Assembly: GCA_965237675.1 (NCBI GenBank) | Contig: OZ250150.1 | Location: forward strand, 1,504,001 to 1,568,000 | Length of the DNA: 64,000 nt | Reading direction: 5' to 3' | Origin: Candidatus Latescibacterota bacterium | GTDB lineage: Bacteria > Latescibacterota > UBA2968 > GCA-2709665 | In this document: piece by piece, positions 20,168-29,735 of the stretch | How the letters are laid out: the number at the start of each line of letters is the position of its first letter | Position numbering within the stretch: position 1 is the first letter of the stretch | Program-made: the position numbers and the translations under genes | The notes under the pieces: model-generated | Seen by the model: only the letters and a program-made list of their open reading frames with translations | Told to the model about the DNA's origin: nothing | The model's database searches: none

Positions 20168-21463
20168 CTATTCCTGCCGGACACGGATGGCGTTGGCGTG
20201 GGCGTCCAGTCCCTCGGCTTCGGCCAGGGCGATAATGTCGCCGGCCGTTTTTTTCAGCCGGCGGTCCGTGTAGGAGACGATACTCGCGCTTTTCAGAAAG
20301 GTATCCACGCCCACCGGCGAGGCGAAGCGGGCGGCGCCGGCCGTCGGCAGGATGTGGTTCACGCCGGCGTAGTAGTCGCCGACCGGCTCGGGCGAGGCCG
20401 TGCCCAGAAACACGGCGCCCGCGTGTCTGACGTCGCTCAGGCAGGCCCATGGGTCCCGCACCAGGAGTTCCATGTGTTCCGGGGCGATCCGATTGGCCAG
20501 CCGGATGCCTTCGTCCAGGTCCTTCACCACCACAACCGCGCCGAAGTTGCGCAGGGCCTTTCGGATGGCGTCGCGTCGGTCCAGGCGGGCGGCCTGCCGT
20601 TCGACTTCGTCCGCGACCCTCCTGGCGAGGTCGACGCACGGCGTGATGCAGACGGCGGCTTCGAAGCCGCTGCCGTGTTCGGCCTGGGATAGCAGGTCGG
20701 CGGCGACGTGTCTGGGGTTGGCGGTTTCGTCGGCCAGAACGACGATTTCACTGGGGCCGGCGACCATGTCGATGTCGACGGTTCCGAAAACGAGTTTTTT
20801 CGCGATCTGGACGGAGGGGTGGCCGGGACCCACGAGTTTGTCCACCGCCGGGATGGAGGCGGTGCCGTAGGCCATGGCGGCAACGGCCTGGGCGCCGAAA
20901 ACCCGGTAGATTTCCGTCACACCGACGATATGTGCGGCCGCCAGCACGGCCGGATGGACGGAGCCGTCGGGTCGTGGTGGCGTGGCCATGCAGATTCGCG
21001 TCACCCCCGCGATGCGGGCGGGAATGGCGGCCATCAACAGCGTCGAGAAAAGCGGGGCGCTGGCGCCGGGGATGAGAATGCCAACCCGTTCGATGGGGAG
21101 CACGCGTCTGCCGAGCACCACGCCATCGCCGTCCTCGATGAACCAGGAGGTCTGTTTCTGCACGTCGTGAAACCGCCGGATGTTGTCCGCCGCGGCCGTG
21201 ATGGTTTTGATCAGGTCCGGATCCGCATCGCGGTAAGCGGCTTCGATGTCCGACCCGGGCACCCGCATCCGGTCCGCGGTAAGGGCGACGCCATCGAATT
21301 CCCGAGTGTATTCCAGGACCGCGTCGTCCCCGCGTTCCCGCACGGCCCGGACGATTTCCTGCACGTAGGCCAGCAATTGGGGCTCGAAATCGGTGGTCCG
21401 GGAGAGAATGGCCTGGAGTTTTCGGGGCGGATTCTGCGGATCGTAGGCGACAACGTCGATCAT
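20168..21463 (-). CDS. hisD: Histidinol dehydrogenase
   Basis: GAQAVAAMAYGT, IDMVAGPSE, DLLSQAEH, APEH, NHILPT. Confidence 0.97.
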   Translation of the reverse strand: MIDVVAYDPQNPPRKLQAILSRTTDFEPQLLAYVQEIVRAVRERGDDAVLEYTREFDGVALTADRMRVPGSDIEAAYRDADPDLIKTITAAADNIRRFHDVQKQTSWFIEDGDGVVLGRRVLPIERVGILIPGASAPLFSTLLMAAIPARIAGVTRICMATPPRPDGSVHPAVLAAAHIVGVTEIYRVFGAQAVAAMAYGTASIPAVDKLVGPGHPSVQIAKKLVFGTVDIDMVAGPSEIVVLADETANPRHVAADLLSQAEHGSGFEAAVCITPCVDLARRVADEVERQAARLDRRDAIRKALRNFGAVVVVKDLDEGIRLANRIAPEHMELLVRDPWACLSDVRHAGAVFLGTASPEPVGDYYAGVNHILPTAGAARFASPVGVDTFLKSASIVSYTDRRLKKTAGDIIALAEAEGLDAHANAIRVRQE

Positions 21464-22392
21464 CAGTAGATCACTTTGTTCAATGGGTATTCGATAATGC
21501 CTTCAGCGCCCTTGTTCTTCAGCAGGGGCACGGTGTCGCGCACGACGCGTTCGTCAACGACAACCTCGACGGCCACCCAGTCGCCGTCGAGCAGATTGGA
21601 AATGGTGGGGTTGTTCAGCGCCGGAAGCAGCCCGACGACCGCATCCAGGTCTCTCCGACGGACGTTCATCTTGAGGCCCACCTTGTCTTCGGCCTGAAAG
21701 GCGCCGACAAGCAGCGTGGCGATATTCTGCGCCTTCTCCCGTTTCCACGGGTCGTCCCATGCGCTTCTGTTGGCAATGAAGCGGGGGGTCGTTTCAAGCA
21801 GATTTTCCACAATCCGAAGTTTGTTGGCCCGGATCGAGGATCCGGTTTCCGTGAGTTCCACAATGGCATCCACCAGGCCGGGCTCGTAGACCGGGCCGTC
21901 CCCTTCCAGTGCGTTTCCGCACGGCGTCCCCGCCGTCCGGACCTTGGCTTCGGTGGACCCCCAGGAGAACTCCACCTCCGCCTGTACGCCCCGCGAGTCA
22001 AGAAATTTTCGGGTGACATTGACCAGTTCGGTCGCGATACGTTTGCCCTGAAGATCGTCGACCGTCCGAATGGGCGATTCTTCCGGAACGGCGATGACCC
22101 AGCGCGCCGGCTGCGCGGTGGATTTGCTGTACGGGAGTTCCGCGACCTCGACCACGTCGGCGTCGTTTTCCAGGATCCAGTCTTTGCCGGTCAGGCCAAC
22201 GTCGAGCACACCCCGCTCCACGTAATGGGCGATTTCCTGCGCGCGCAGGAACAGGCCCTCCAGATCCGGATCGTCGATCGACGGGATGTAGGACCTGGGG
22301 TTGGCGAGAATGCGGTAGCCGGCGTTCGCAAACAGATTGAGGGTGGATTCCTGGAGGCTTCCCGACGGAAGCGCGATTTTCAAAACTGCCAT
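21463..22392 (-). CDS. hisG: ATP phosphoribosyltransferase, long form
   Basis: [40 protein letters not shown]-terminal regulatory domain. Confidence 0.96.
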   Translation of the reverse strand: MAVLKIALPSGSLQESTLNLFANAGYRILANPRSYIPSIDDPDLEGLFLRAQEIAHYVERGVLDVGLTGKDWILENDADVVEVAELPYSKSTAQPARWVIAVPEESPIRTVDDLQGKRIATELVNVTRKFLDSRGVQAEVEFSWGSTEAKVRTAGTPCGNALEGDGPVYEPGLVDAIVELTETGSSIRANKLRIVENLLETTPRFIANRSAWDDPWKREKAQNIATLLVGAFQAEDKVGLKMNVRRRDLDAVVGLLPALNNPTISNLLDGDWVAVEVVVDERVVRDTVPLLKNKGAEGIIEYPLNKVIY

Positions 22393-22481
22393 TGAAGTTT
22401 CCTCTGTGTGGCGGGGTGGACGGTCTCAAAATTCACATAATCTATCATACTTGTCAACATAAACTTACACGGTTTCTCCGT

Positions 22482-22510
22482 TTGACAACCCGGAGACACA
22501 GTCGTATAAC
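22482..22510 (+). promoter_or_regulatory. Sigma70-type promoter
   Basis: TTGACA-N17-TATAAC upstream of 22566. Confidence 0.65.
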
Positions 22511-22565
22511 AATAACACTTGCCCTGGAAAACTGCGAAACATATACTAAGGTGCTACGTGCCTGA

Positions 22566-23219
22566 TTGACGGATAACCCTGAATGCCCGGAGGAAGTTTA
22601 CTTGTGCAAGCCGGTTAGGTTGAACATCGGGTGTGGAGACGATATTCGCCCGGGCTATCTCAATATCGATCCCTTTGCGGATGGACCTGTTCTGAGAATG
22701 GAGGCCGCGCGGCTCGGTTTCACCGGTCACTCAGTGGACGAGATCTTCTCCTCCCACATGCTGGAGCATCTGTCCAAGCACGAGGTGATGGACGTTCTCG
22801 TTGAATGGAACCGGGTGCTCAAGCCCACGGGGAAGGTGGAGATCGTCGTTCCCGACCTGCCATGGTGCTTGGAGCAGTGGCTGCGGCTGCCGGAGCAGGC
22901 GCGTTGGGACTGGGCCCTGGACACGATCTTCGGCTTGCAGAATCATCCGGGAGGGTTCCACAAAACCGGGTTCAGCGGGGACAGACTGCACCATCTCCTG
23001 AAGGAGGCGGGTTTCCAATGGGTCAAGGTGAACACCTGTTTCGACCACGGCATGCAGTCGATCCGGGCCCTGGCGTCGGCTGGCGACGCAGCACACGCCC
23101 CCCTTCCGGATGGTTGTCGCGCAGCAAATTGGATCCGTAAACAGCTCGTGTTTCTGTTTTATGGACTTGCCCGTATCCGGACTTTCCATAGGAGCAAGGG
23201 AAAAAACAGATCCCTCTGA
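22566..23219 (+). CDS. SAM-dependent methyltransferase domain protein (glycan-locus type)
   Basis: RLNIGCG, SVDEIFSSHMLEH, RVLKPTG...VPD. Confidence 0.85.
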   Translation: MTDNPECPEEVYLCKPVRLNIGCGDDIRPGYLNIDPFADGPVLRMEAARLGFTGHSVDEIFSSHMLEHLSKHEVMDVLVEWNRVLKPTGKVEIVVPDLPWCLEQWLRLPEQARWDWALDTIFGLQNHPGGFHKTGFSGDRLHHLLKEAGFQWVKVNTCFDHGMQSIRALASAGDAAHAPLPDGCRAANWIRKQLVFLFYGLARIRTFHRSKGKNRSL

Positions 23220-23388
23220 TTATACGTTTGAGAGCGAAAGGGATTTTCGAAAATGATGGACACGAACGATGAAAATCCGGGGGGAATTGGCGGCAATGAT
23301 CTTTCAAAGAATCATTCCTCATGACCGGGTATCCTTCTCAAGGTCCTTGCCGAGATAAAACCGGTTTTCAAAACACGCAAACAAACGG

Positions 23389-23892
23389 ATGGTTTCCATG
23401 GCACACGCGCATCTGGTGGGGCTGATTGCCGACACGCACGATAACAGGATTTCCGTGGAGAAGTCGGTGGCGCTGTTCAATGAACGGGAGGTTGGGCTGG
23501 TGGTCCACGCGGGAGACTACATCGCGCCCTTCAACGCCAGGTGGATGGCGGACCTGAACGCGCCCATGGTGGGCGTATTCGGTAATAACGACGGCGAGCG
23601 GTTCGGGCTTCGCGCCCAGTTCGAGGCGTTGGGCCCCATCCACCGGGCGCCCCATGCGTTAGACTATGAGGGCAGGCGGCTGCTGGTTCTGCACGAACCC
23701 GATGAACTCGACGCGCTGGCGGAAAGCGGCGCCTACGACGTGATCGTCTACGGCCATACCCACGAGATAGACGTCCGACCCGGCGGGACCCTGGTGGTCA
23801 ATCCCGGAGAGGCGGGCGGCTGGGTGACCGGCCGGTCCACGGTCGGGATGCTGGATCTGCAGCGCATGCAGGTCGAGATTCTGGACATTTGA
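23389..23892 (+). CDS. YfcE/MJ0936-family metallophosphoesterase
   Basis: DTHD, HAGD, GNND, GHTH, NPGE motifs. Confidence 0.92.
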   Translation: MVSMAHAHLVGLIADTHDNRISVEKSVALFNEREVGLVVHAGDYIAPFNARWMADLNAPMVGVFGNNDGERFGLRAQFEALGPIHRAPHALDYEGRRLLVLHEPDELDALAESGAYDVIVYGHTHEIDVRPGGTLVVNPGEAGGWVTGRSTVGMLDLQRMQVEILDI

Positions 23893-23930
23893 CCGCGGGA
23901 GTCGGGCGGCAATGCGCCTCCCGCGGATAA

Positions 23931-24090
23931 CAGTCCGTTGAGAAAGTCGCTCTGCAGGCGAGGCCGAGCCATTGTGGCCGAAGACAAGGCGCGCAACCGA
24001 GTCGAATCGAGCGATTCGGCGAGGGAGCGCAACGCAGTATTTCGACCTCAAGGGCCGGCCGTAGCCCGGATGGACTTTTTCAACGGGCTG
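23931..24090. mobile_element. 160-bp MITE with 18-bp TIRs and ATAA target duplication
   Basis: CAGTCCGTTGAGAAAGTC ... GACTTTTTCAACGGGCTG (16/18 inverted match). ATAA at 23927-23930 and 24091-24094. Confidence 0.8.
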
Positions 24091-24104
24091 ATAAGGCAGA
24101 AGAG

Positions 24105-25991
24105 ATGGATTCGGGATCCACGGACCGGATTTCAGAACCGGCGAAAATAAGCCGTAAAGCCGTGCGCAGGCGCCTCAATGAGATTGTGGCCCATATGCCG
24201 AGGGAACCCGGTGTATATATGTTGAAGGACGAACAGGGGCGGATCATATACATTGGAAAGGCCAAGTGTCTGCGAAGCCGGGCGCAATCCTACATCCGGT
24301 CCAATGCGGACGACGGCCGGCGTCAGTTCCGGGCGCTCGTGCGCAACGTGAGGGATCTGGAATATATCGTGGCGGATACCGAGGTGGAGGCCCTGATTCT
24401 GGAGGCCAACCTGATTAAGGAGCACAAGCCCCGTTACAATATCAATCTGAAGGACGACAAGAAGTACCCGTTTATCAGAATTACCGATGAACCGTTTCCC
24501 CGGATTGTGTTTACGCGCGACGTAGTCAAGGACGGTTCGCGTTATCTGGGACCCTATACGGACGTGAAGGCCATGCGCCGGACCCTGGAAACGATGCACC
24601 GGCTGTTCCGGATCCGCAGTTGCGACTACGCGTTGCCCGCGGGCAACGTCCGGCTCTGCCTGGACTATGAGATCAAACGGTGCGACGGCCCCTGCGAGGG
24701 GCTGATTTCTGCGGTGGAGTACCGCAAGATCGTGCGCGAGGCCGTGCTGTTTCTGACCGGGCGCCATACCCAGGTGGTGGCCGCGCTGAAGGAACGCATG
24801 CGGAATGCGGCGGCCGGGCAGCGTTACGAGGAGGCCGCGGTCTACCGGGACCGTCTGAGGGACCTGGAGCAGACGACCAACCGCCAGAAGGTGGTGTCCC
24901 CGGAACAGAAGGACTGGGATACGATCGCCGTTGCCAGGGAAGACGACGAAGCCTGCTGCGTGGTAATGGAGGTCCGGGAGGGAAGGCTGATCGGGAGGCA
25001 GCACTATTTCCTGGGCGGCGTTCTGGACGCGCCGATGGCCGAGGTGGTTGGTTCCTTTGTCCAATTGCTTTATCTGACGGCCTCGTTCGTGCCGGAGGAG
25101 ATCTGCCTGCCGTGCGATATCGAATCGCGCGAAACCGTGCTGGATTGGTTGCGGGGGCGGGCAGGCGGTCTTGTGGAAATCCGGGTGCCCCAGCGGGGCG
25201 ACAAGGCGCGGCTGGTGAAGATGGCGGAGAACAACGCCGCGCTGTTGCTGAGCGAACGCCGGTTGAGACGTGAGAACCGGAGGGCCCAGGCGCCTGCCGC
25301 CGTTGCCGCGCTGCAGCGCGACCTGCGCCTGGAGGGTCCCCCGAAACGGATCGAGGCGATGGACATTTCCAATTTCCAGGGAACGGATCCCGTGGCGTCG
25401 CTGGTCTGTTTTGTGGATGGCCGGCCCCGGAAGTCCGAGTACAGGCACTTCAGGATTGCCGGAATCGAGGGGCCGGACGATTTCGCGATGATGCGGCAGG
25501 TGGTGACGCGGCGGTTCAAACGCCTGATGGAGGAGGGGCGGGTGTTTCCCGATCTGCTGTTGATCGACGGCGGAAAGGGGCAGCTTTCCAGCGCGGTGGC
25601 GGCGTTGCATGCGCTGGGCGTTCGGAAACAGCCCGTGATTGGTCTCGCCAAACGCCTGGAGGAAGTGTTCCTGCCGGCCCATTCGGACCCTCAGAATATT
25701 CCCAAGGCCTCGGCGGCGCTCAAGTTGTTGCAGGCCGTTCGGGATGAATCGCACCGGTTTGCGATTACCTATCACCGCAAGCTGAGGCAAAAGCGAACGC
25801 TGGCTTCCCAACTGGATGATATCGACGGGGTGGGTCCGGCCCGTCGCAAGGCGCTGTTGACCCATTTTGGCTCGATGAAGAAGATCTGGGAGGCGGGCGC
25901 TTCGGAAATCGCGGCGGTGGAGGGCATCGGATCGAAGCTCGCGGAACAGATAGCGGAGCAATTGAAAACCACCGTTCATTCCAGAAAATAG
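24105..25991 (+). CDS. uvrC: Excinuclease ABC subunit C
   Basis: GIY-YIG (PGVY...IYIGKAK), KPRYN..LKDDK.YP, UVR domain, DISN, DGGKGQ, RDESHRFA, HhH. Confidence 0.97.
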   Translation: MDSGSTDRISEPAKISRKAVRRRLNEIVAHMPREPGVYMLKDEQGRIIYIGKAKCLRSRAQSYIRSNADDGRRQFRALVRNVRDLEYIVADTEVEALILEANLIKEHKPRYNINLKDDKKYPFIRITDEPFPRIVFTRDVVKDGSRYLGPYTDVKAMRRTLETMHRLFRIRSCDYALPAGNVRLCLDYEIKRCDGPCEGLISAVEYRKIVREAVLFLTGRHTQVVAALKERMRNAAAGQRYEEAAVYRDRLRDLEQTTNRQKVVSPEQKDWDTIAVAREDDEACCVVMEVREGRLIGRQHYFLGGVLDAPMAEVVGSFVQLLYLTASFVPEEICLPCDIESRETVLDWLRGRAGGLVEIRVPQRGDKARLVKMAENNAALLLSERRLRRENRRAQAPAAVAALQRDLRLEGPPKRIEAMDISNFQGTDPVASLVCFVDGRPRKSEYRHFRIAGIEGPDDFAMMRQVVTRRFKRLMEEGRVFPDLLLIDGGKGQLSSAVAALHALGVRKQPVIGLAKRLEEVFLPAHSDPQNIPKASAALKLLQAVRDESHRFAITYHRKLRQKRTLASQLDDIDGVGPARRKALLTHFGSMKKIWEAGASEIAAVEGIGSKLAEQIAEQLKTTVHSRK

Positions 25992-26024
25992 ATTACCGGC
26001 CGTTTGTAATACGGGGAGCAAGCG

Positions 26025-26567
26025 ATGAAAAATGGATCGGGCAAGGCGCGGACGACGCAATCCGCGGTCATGCAGACGGGACTGGGGCGGGTGAGCGTAA
26101 CATGGGATAAAAGCAGGCTGGGGTCCATCCAACTGGGGCGTTTCGAGCGGGTCGACGTTGCCCGGCCCGACCTGGTGGAGGGCGAACCCCCGGATCCAGC
26201 GGGGGAGCGCCTCATGAACGCGCTGGCGGGTTATTTTTCCGGCGATCTTGTGCGATTTCCCAACGTTCCCGACCCGTCCCGATATACGGATTTTCAAGAG
26301 ATGGTCTGGCGGGCAACACGGGAGATTCCGTATGGCCGGCGACGATCCTACGGCAGCATTGCCACGGCGATCGGGCGCCCGAAGGCGGCCCGGGCGGTGG
26401 GCGCCGCCATCGGTAAGAATCCGTACGTGATCCTGGTGCCATGCCATCGGGTTGTCGGAGCTTCCGGAGCCCTGACGGGATTTGCCTATGGCGGGGAATG
26501 GAAGGCCGCCCTGCTGGCGCTGGAGGGTAATGGCGGACGCGGGAGCACGCAGGAATGGCGGACGTAA
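26025..26567 (+). CDS. ogt: Methylated-DNA-protein-cysteine methyltransferase
   Basis: IPYG...SYG, RAVG.A..NP, PCHRV active site. Confidence 0.93.
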   Translation: MKNGSGKARTTQSAVMQTGLGRVSVTWDKSRLGSIQLGRFERVDVARPDLVEGEPPDPAGERLMNALAGYFSGDLVRFPNVPDPSRYTDFQEMVWRATREIPYGRRRSYGSIATAIGRPKAARAVGAAIGKNPYVILVPCHRVVGASGALTGFAYGGEWKAALLALEGNGGRGSTQEWRT

Positions 26568-27493
26568 TGGGTATCGAGGCCGGAGAGCAGCGCCTCACAG
26601 CGGAATGGCGGGGGGCGCTGCAATCGTTTATGGACTACGTGCACCTTGAGCAGGGGTTAGCCGAAAATACGGTATCGGCCTATGCGCGGGACCTGGACCG
26701 GTACGCCACGGTTCTGGAGGCGCGGGGCGTAGGGAGGCCCGTCGACGTCTCACAGGCGGACGTGTCGGCGTTATTGCAGTTGCTGGGAGACCTCGGCCTG
26801 GAAGCGTCCAGCGTGGCGCGCAATCTGACCTCGGTCCGGATGTTTCATCGGTTTCTGCAGGCGGAGGGGGTGATCGATAACGATCCCACCGAGCACATGA
26901 AGTCGCCTAAACAGGGCCGGAAACTGCCCTCTGTCCTGAATATCTACGAGGTGGAACGCCTGATGATGGAGCCGGACGCTGAGACGCCTCTGGGATTGCG
27001 GGACCGCGCGCTGCTGGAAATGTTGTACGGAGCGGGTCTCCGGGTGTCGGAATTGATCGGACTGGAACGGGTGCACCTGTTGTTCGACCTGGAGGTGGTG
27101 CGCGTGATCGGCAAGGGCAGCCGGGAGCGGATCGTGCCCATCGGATCGGAAGCCGTCGACTGGGTCAATCGTTACCTGGGCGAGGCCCGGGCCGAACTGA
27201 GCGGGCCGACGTCCGGCAATACGGTCTTCCTGAATTTTCGCGGCGGCGCCATGTCCCGAATGGGAATATGGAAGAAAATGCGCGGATACGTCCGGAGTTC
27301 CGGCATTGAAAAGGCGGTCAGCCCCCATACCATGCGCCATTCGTTCGCGACCCATCTGCTGGAGGGCGGCGCCGATCTCAGGGCCGTGCAGGAGATGCTG
27401 GGGCACGTGGATATATCCACAACGCAGATCTACACCCACGTCGACCGGGAATACCTGAAGGAGGTGCATCGGACGTTCCATCCCCGGGCATGA
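26555..27493 (+). CDS. xerD: Site-specific tyrosine recombinase XerD
   Basis: GLAENT..AY.RDL, RDRALLE.LY..GLRVSEL, HTMRHSFATHLLEGGADLRAVQEMLGH..ISTTQIYTHV, HPRA terminus. Confidence 0.93.
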   Translation: MADVMGIEAGEQRLTAEWRGALQSFMDYVHLEQGLAENTVSAYARDLDRYATVLEARGVGRPVDVSQADVSALLQLLGDLGLEASSVARNLTSVRMFHRFLQAEGVIDNDPTEHMKSPKQGRKLPSVLNIYEVERLMMEPDAETPLGLRDRALLEMLYGAGLRVSELIGLERVHLLFDLEVVRVIGKGSRERIVPIGSEAVDWVNRYLGEARAELSGPTSGNTVFLNFRGGAMSRMGIWKKMRGYVRSSGIEKAVSPHTMRHSFATHLLEGGADLRAVQEMLGHVDISTTQIYTHVDREYLKEVHRTFHPRA

Positions 27494-28596
27494 CGGGACA
27501 CCGATCGAAAATGACTATGCACGCGGATCTCAGCGCACATCTTAAGACGGTTGAAATCGTGTCTTCGGCGCCATGCCGCCTCGACGTCGGCGGCACGTGG
27601 GACCTGAAGTGTTTCGCGCTTCCGTATGCCAGCCTGAATCCCGCCACGACCAATATTGCCATTTCCGCGCGCACACGCATCCGCCTTAAAGCCTACCGGC
27701 CTGGCTGGGTGCGAATCGTCGATGAGTATCATCACGAGGCGTTTCCCGCCGATGCGTTCGACATGACGGGACATTTCGGGCTGCTGTTCGCCATTGCGGC
27801 TCATTTTGCGCTGGGCGGCGTCGAAATCGAGATCGCCTACGGTTGCCCGCCCCGCAGCGGCGTGGGCGGTTCCGGCACGCTCTCGGTCGCCCTGGCCGGG
27901 GCCCTTGCCCGCACGCGCGAGCTTGTCGGCGGCGTCCGACTGTCGCCGGAGGAAATCGTCGAGATCGTCTACAATATTGAAGACGGTCTGCGGTACTCCT
28001 ATACCGGCCTGCAGGACCAGTGCGCCGCCACGTACGGCGGCGTCAACACCTGGCATTGGACCTACGGCGACCCGCGGGGCAAGTTCCGGCGGGAAGCGAT
28101 TCTTTCCCCCGATCAATACAGCGCCCTTAGCGACCGTCTGCTGGTCGCGTATATTGGCAAACCGCACGACTCCAACGACGTCAACAGCCGGCAGGTGGAC
28201 GACTTCCTGGCAGGTCGACATCGCAAACGGTGGTTCCGGATCAACGAAATCGGCGCGGAGTTCGCCGAGTCACTGAAACGGGCCGATTGGGAGGCCGCAG
28301 GCAGGCTGATGGACGAGGAAACCGGGGTTCGCTGTGCGATCGTCCCGGCCCGTATGACCGTCGTCGGAGAAAAACTGCAGGCTGTATGCAACGAATTCGG
28401 GGCGGGTTTCGCCACGGCGGGCAGCGGCAACGGCGGGTGCGTCTGGGCGCTTTTGCCGCACCCCGGGGTCGTTCCCGAAATCTCGGACGCCTGGCGGGAG
28501 ATCCTGTGCGCCGTACCCACGGCACGAATCCTTCCCGCAACGGTGGATCCCCGGGGTCTCGAAGTCAAGCGGGTCGCTCCCGGAGCCGCCGCCTGA
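27490..28596 (+). CDS. GHMP-family sugar kinase (HddA-like)
   Basis: APCRLDVGGTWD, PPRSGVGGSG ATP loop, GLQDQ.AA.YGG, GSGNGGC. Confidence 0.8.
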   Translation: MTGHRSKMTMHADLSAHLKTVEIVSSAPCRLDVGGTWDLKCFALPYASLNPATTNIAISARTRIRLKAYRPGWVRIVDEYHHEAFPADAFDMTGHFGLLFAIAAHFALGGVEIEIAYGCPPRSGVGGSGTLSVALAGALARTRELVGGVRLSPEEIVEIVYNIEDGLRYSYTGLQDQCAATYGGVNTWHWTYGDPRGKFRREAILSPDQYSALSDRLLVAYIGKPHDSNDVNSRQVDDFLAGRHRKRWFRINEIGAEFAESLKRADWEAAGRLMDEETGVRCAIVPARMTVVGEKLQAVCNEFGAGFATAGSGNGGCVWALLPHPGVVPEISDAWREILCAVPTARILPATVDPRGLEVKRVAPGAAA

Positions 28597-28684
28597 ATAC
28601 GGTTTCGATTCCTGCGCGTTTTGTCCAGGATGGTTGATGCGCTCAAGCGATACCTCGAACCAAAGTTTGAAAGGGATTCACGCC

Positions 28685-28865
28685 CGCTTCCTCAACGACT
28701 CGCGGATCCAGAAAAGCGCGAACGACGACTGGAAGGTGGAGCGGACATTCTTGTCTGCTCACGTACATCGAACCCTAACCTCGGAATCCTGTGTCCGGAC
28801 ACGCCGCGACTCGCCGCCGTCTCCCGCACTGGAAGAAGGACGGCGCTATCTATTGGATCACCTTT
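28685..28865 (+). repeat. 181-bp direct repeat, copy 1 (REP hairpin plus first ~25 codons of the RAYT gene)
   Basis: Matches 29458-29638 with one mismatch seen. Confidence 0.9.
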
Positions 28866-29420
28866 CGCCTCGCTGACGCGATCCCCCGGGACAAACGTCG
28901 CGCCTTCCAGGAAGCGCGTAAGCTGTGGCTCAAGCGCCACCCCGAACCGTGGACGGACGCTGAGTGGAAAGAATACAACCGACGTTTCGATGAAAAGATC
29001 GAATCTTGGCTCGATGCCGGATTGGGTTCCCGCGCCTTGGCGCACATCGATGCCCGCGAAGCTGTCAAGAACTGTCTTTTGCGCTTCGACGGTGAAAGAC
29101 TGCGGCTTCACGCAGCCGTCATCATGCCCACGCATGTTCACCTCCTTATGGAACCGCTGGGAGGCCATAACCTTTCGCGGATTCTGCGGGGCATTAAGGG
29201 CGCATCTGCCCGCGAAATCAACAAACTCATTGGCGTCACCGGGACTTTCTGGCTCGACGAATCCTATGATCACGTAGTGCGCAGCGAAAAGCAGTATTGG
29301 CGCTTCGTCCGCTACATCATGGAAAACCCCACAAAAGCCGGACTGCGCAACCAGGAGTATTGGCTTTATAGAGGCGGCGCAAGCCTTTCTTCTGTCCGCA
29401 TTCTGGCAGAAGGACAATGA
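28791..29420 (+). CDS. REP-associated tyrosine transposase (RAYT, HUH/Y1, IS200-like)
   Basis: RRRLPHW, YWITFRL, IMPTHVHLL (HUH), FWLDESYDHVVR, YIMENP catalytic Tyr. Flanked by GTGG-type REP hairpins. Confidence 0.9.
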   Translation: MSGHAATRRRLPHWKKDGAIYWITFRLADAIPRDKRRAFQEARKLWLKRHPEPWTDAEWKEYNRRFDEKIESWLDAGLGSRALAHIDAREAVKNCLLRFDGERLRLHAAVIMPTHVHLLMEPLGGHNLSRILRGIKGASAREINKLIGVTGTFWLDESYDHVVRSEKQYWRFVRYIMENPTKAGLRNQEYWLYRGGASLSSVRILAEGQ

Positions 29421-29457
29421 GAAGGGCAGACAGGAATGTCTGCCCCACCTTCACACA

Positions 29458-29638
29458 CGCTTCCTCAACGACTCGCGGATCCAGAAAAGCGCGAACGACG
29501 ACTGGAAGGTGGAGCGGACATTCTTGTCTGCTCACGTACATCGAACCCTAACCTCGGAATCCTGTGTCCGGACACGCCGCGACTCGCCGCCGTCTCCCGC
29601 ACTGGAAGAAGGACGGCGCTATCTATTGGATTACCTTT
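29458..29638 (+). repeat. 181-bp direct repeat, copy 2
   Basis: Duplicate of 28685-28865 at an offset of 773 bp. Confidence 0.9.
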
Positions 29639-29735
29639 GTCTGCATTCCGGGAGAAGGACCTCTACCCCCGGCCCCCTCTCCTACGAGAAGAGGGGGAGT
29701 CCAACGAAGCGTTGCGTAAACACGAGAAGGGCAGA

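Noticed and set aside
24132-26447. Long antisense ORFs (e.g. 24132-26447 minus, 38551-40731 plus, 48915-50912 minus, 36763-38439 plus, 1-642 plus)
   Set aside because: Shadow ORFs opposite well-supported genes in GC-rich DNA, with no protein motifs
26555-27493. Tyrosine recombinase as a phage or integron integrase
   Set aside because: Typical XerD signature and housekeeping context. No IntI-specific insertion, att site or phage genes.
28621-29277. Alternative ORFs 28621-29277 and the 29436-29735 N-terminal extension of GT2
   Set aside because: Off-frame translations of the duplicated RAYT/REP segment
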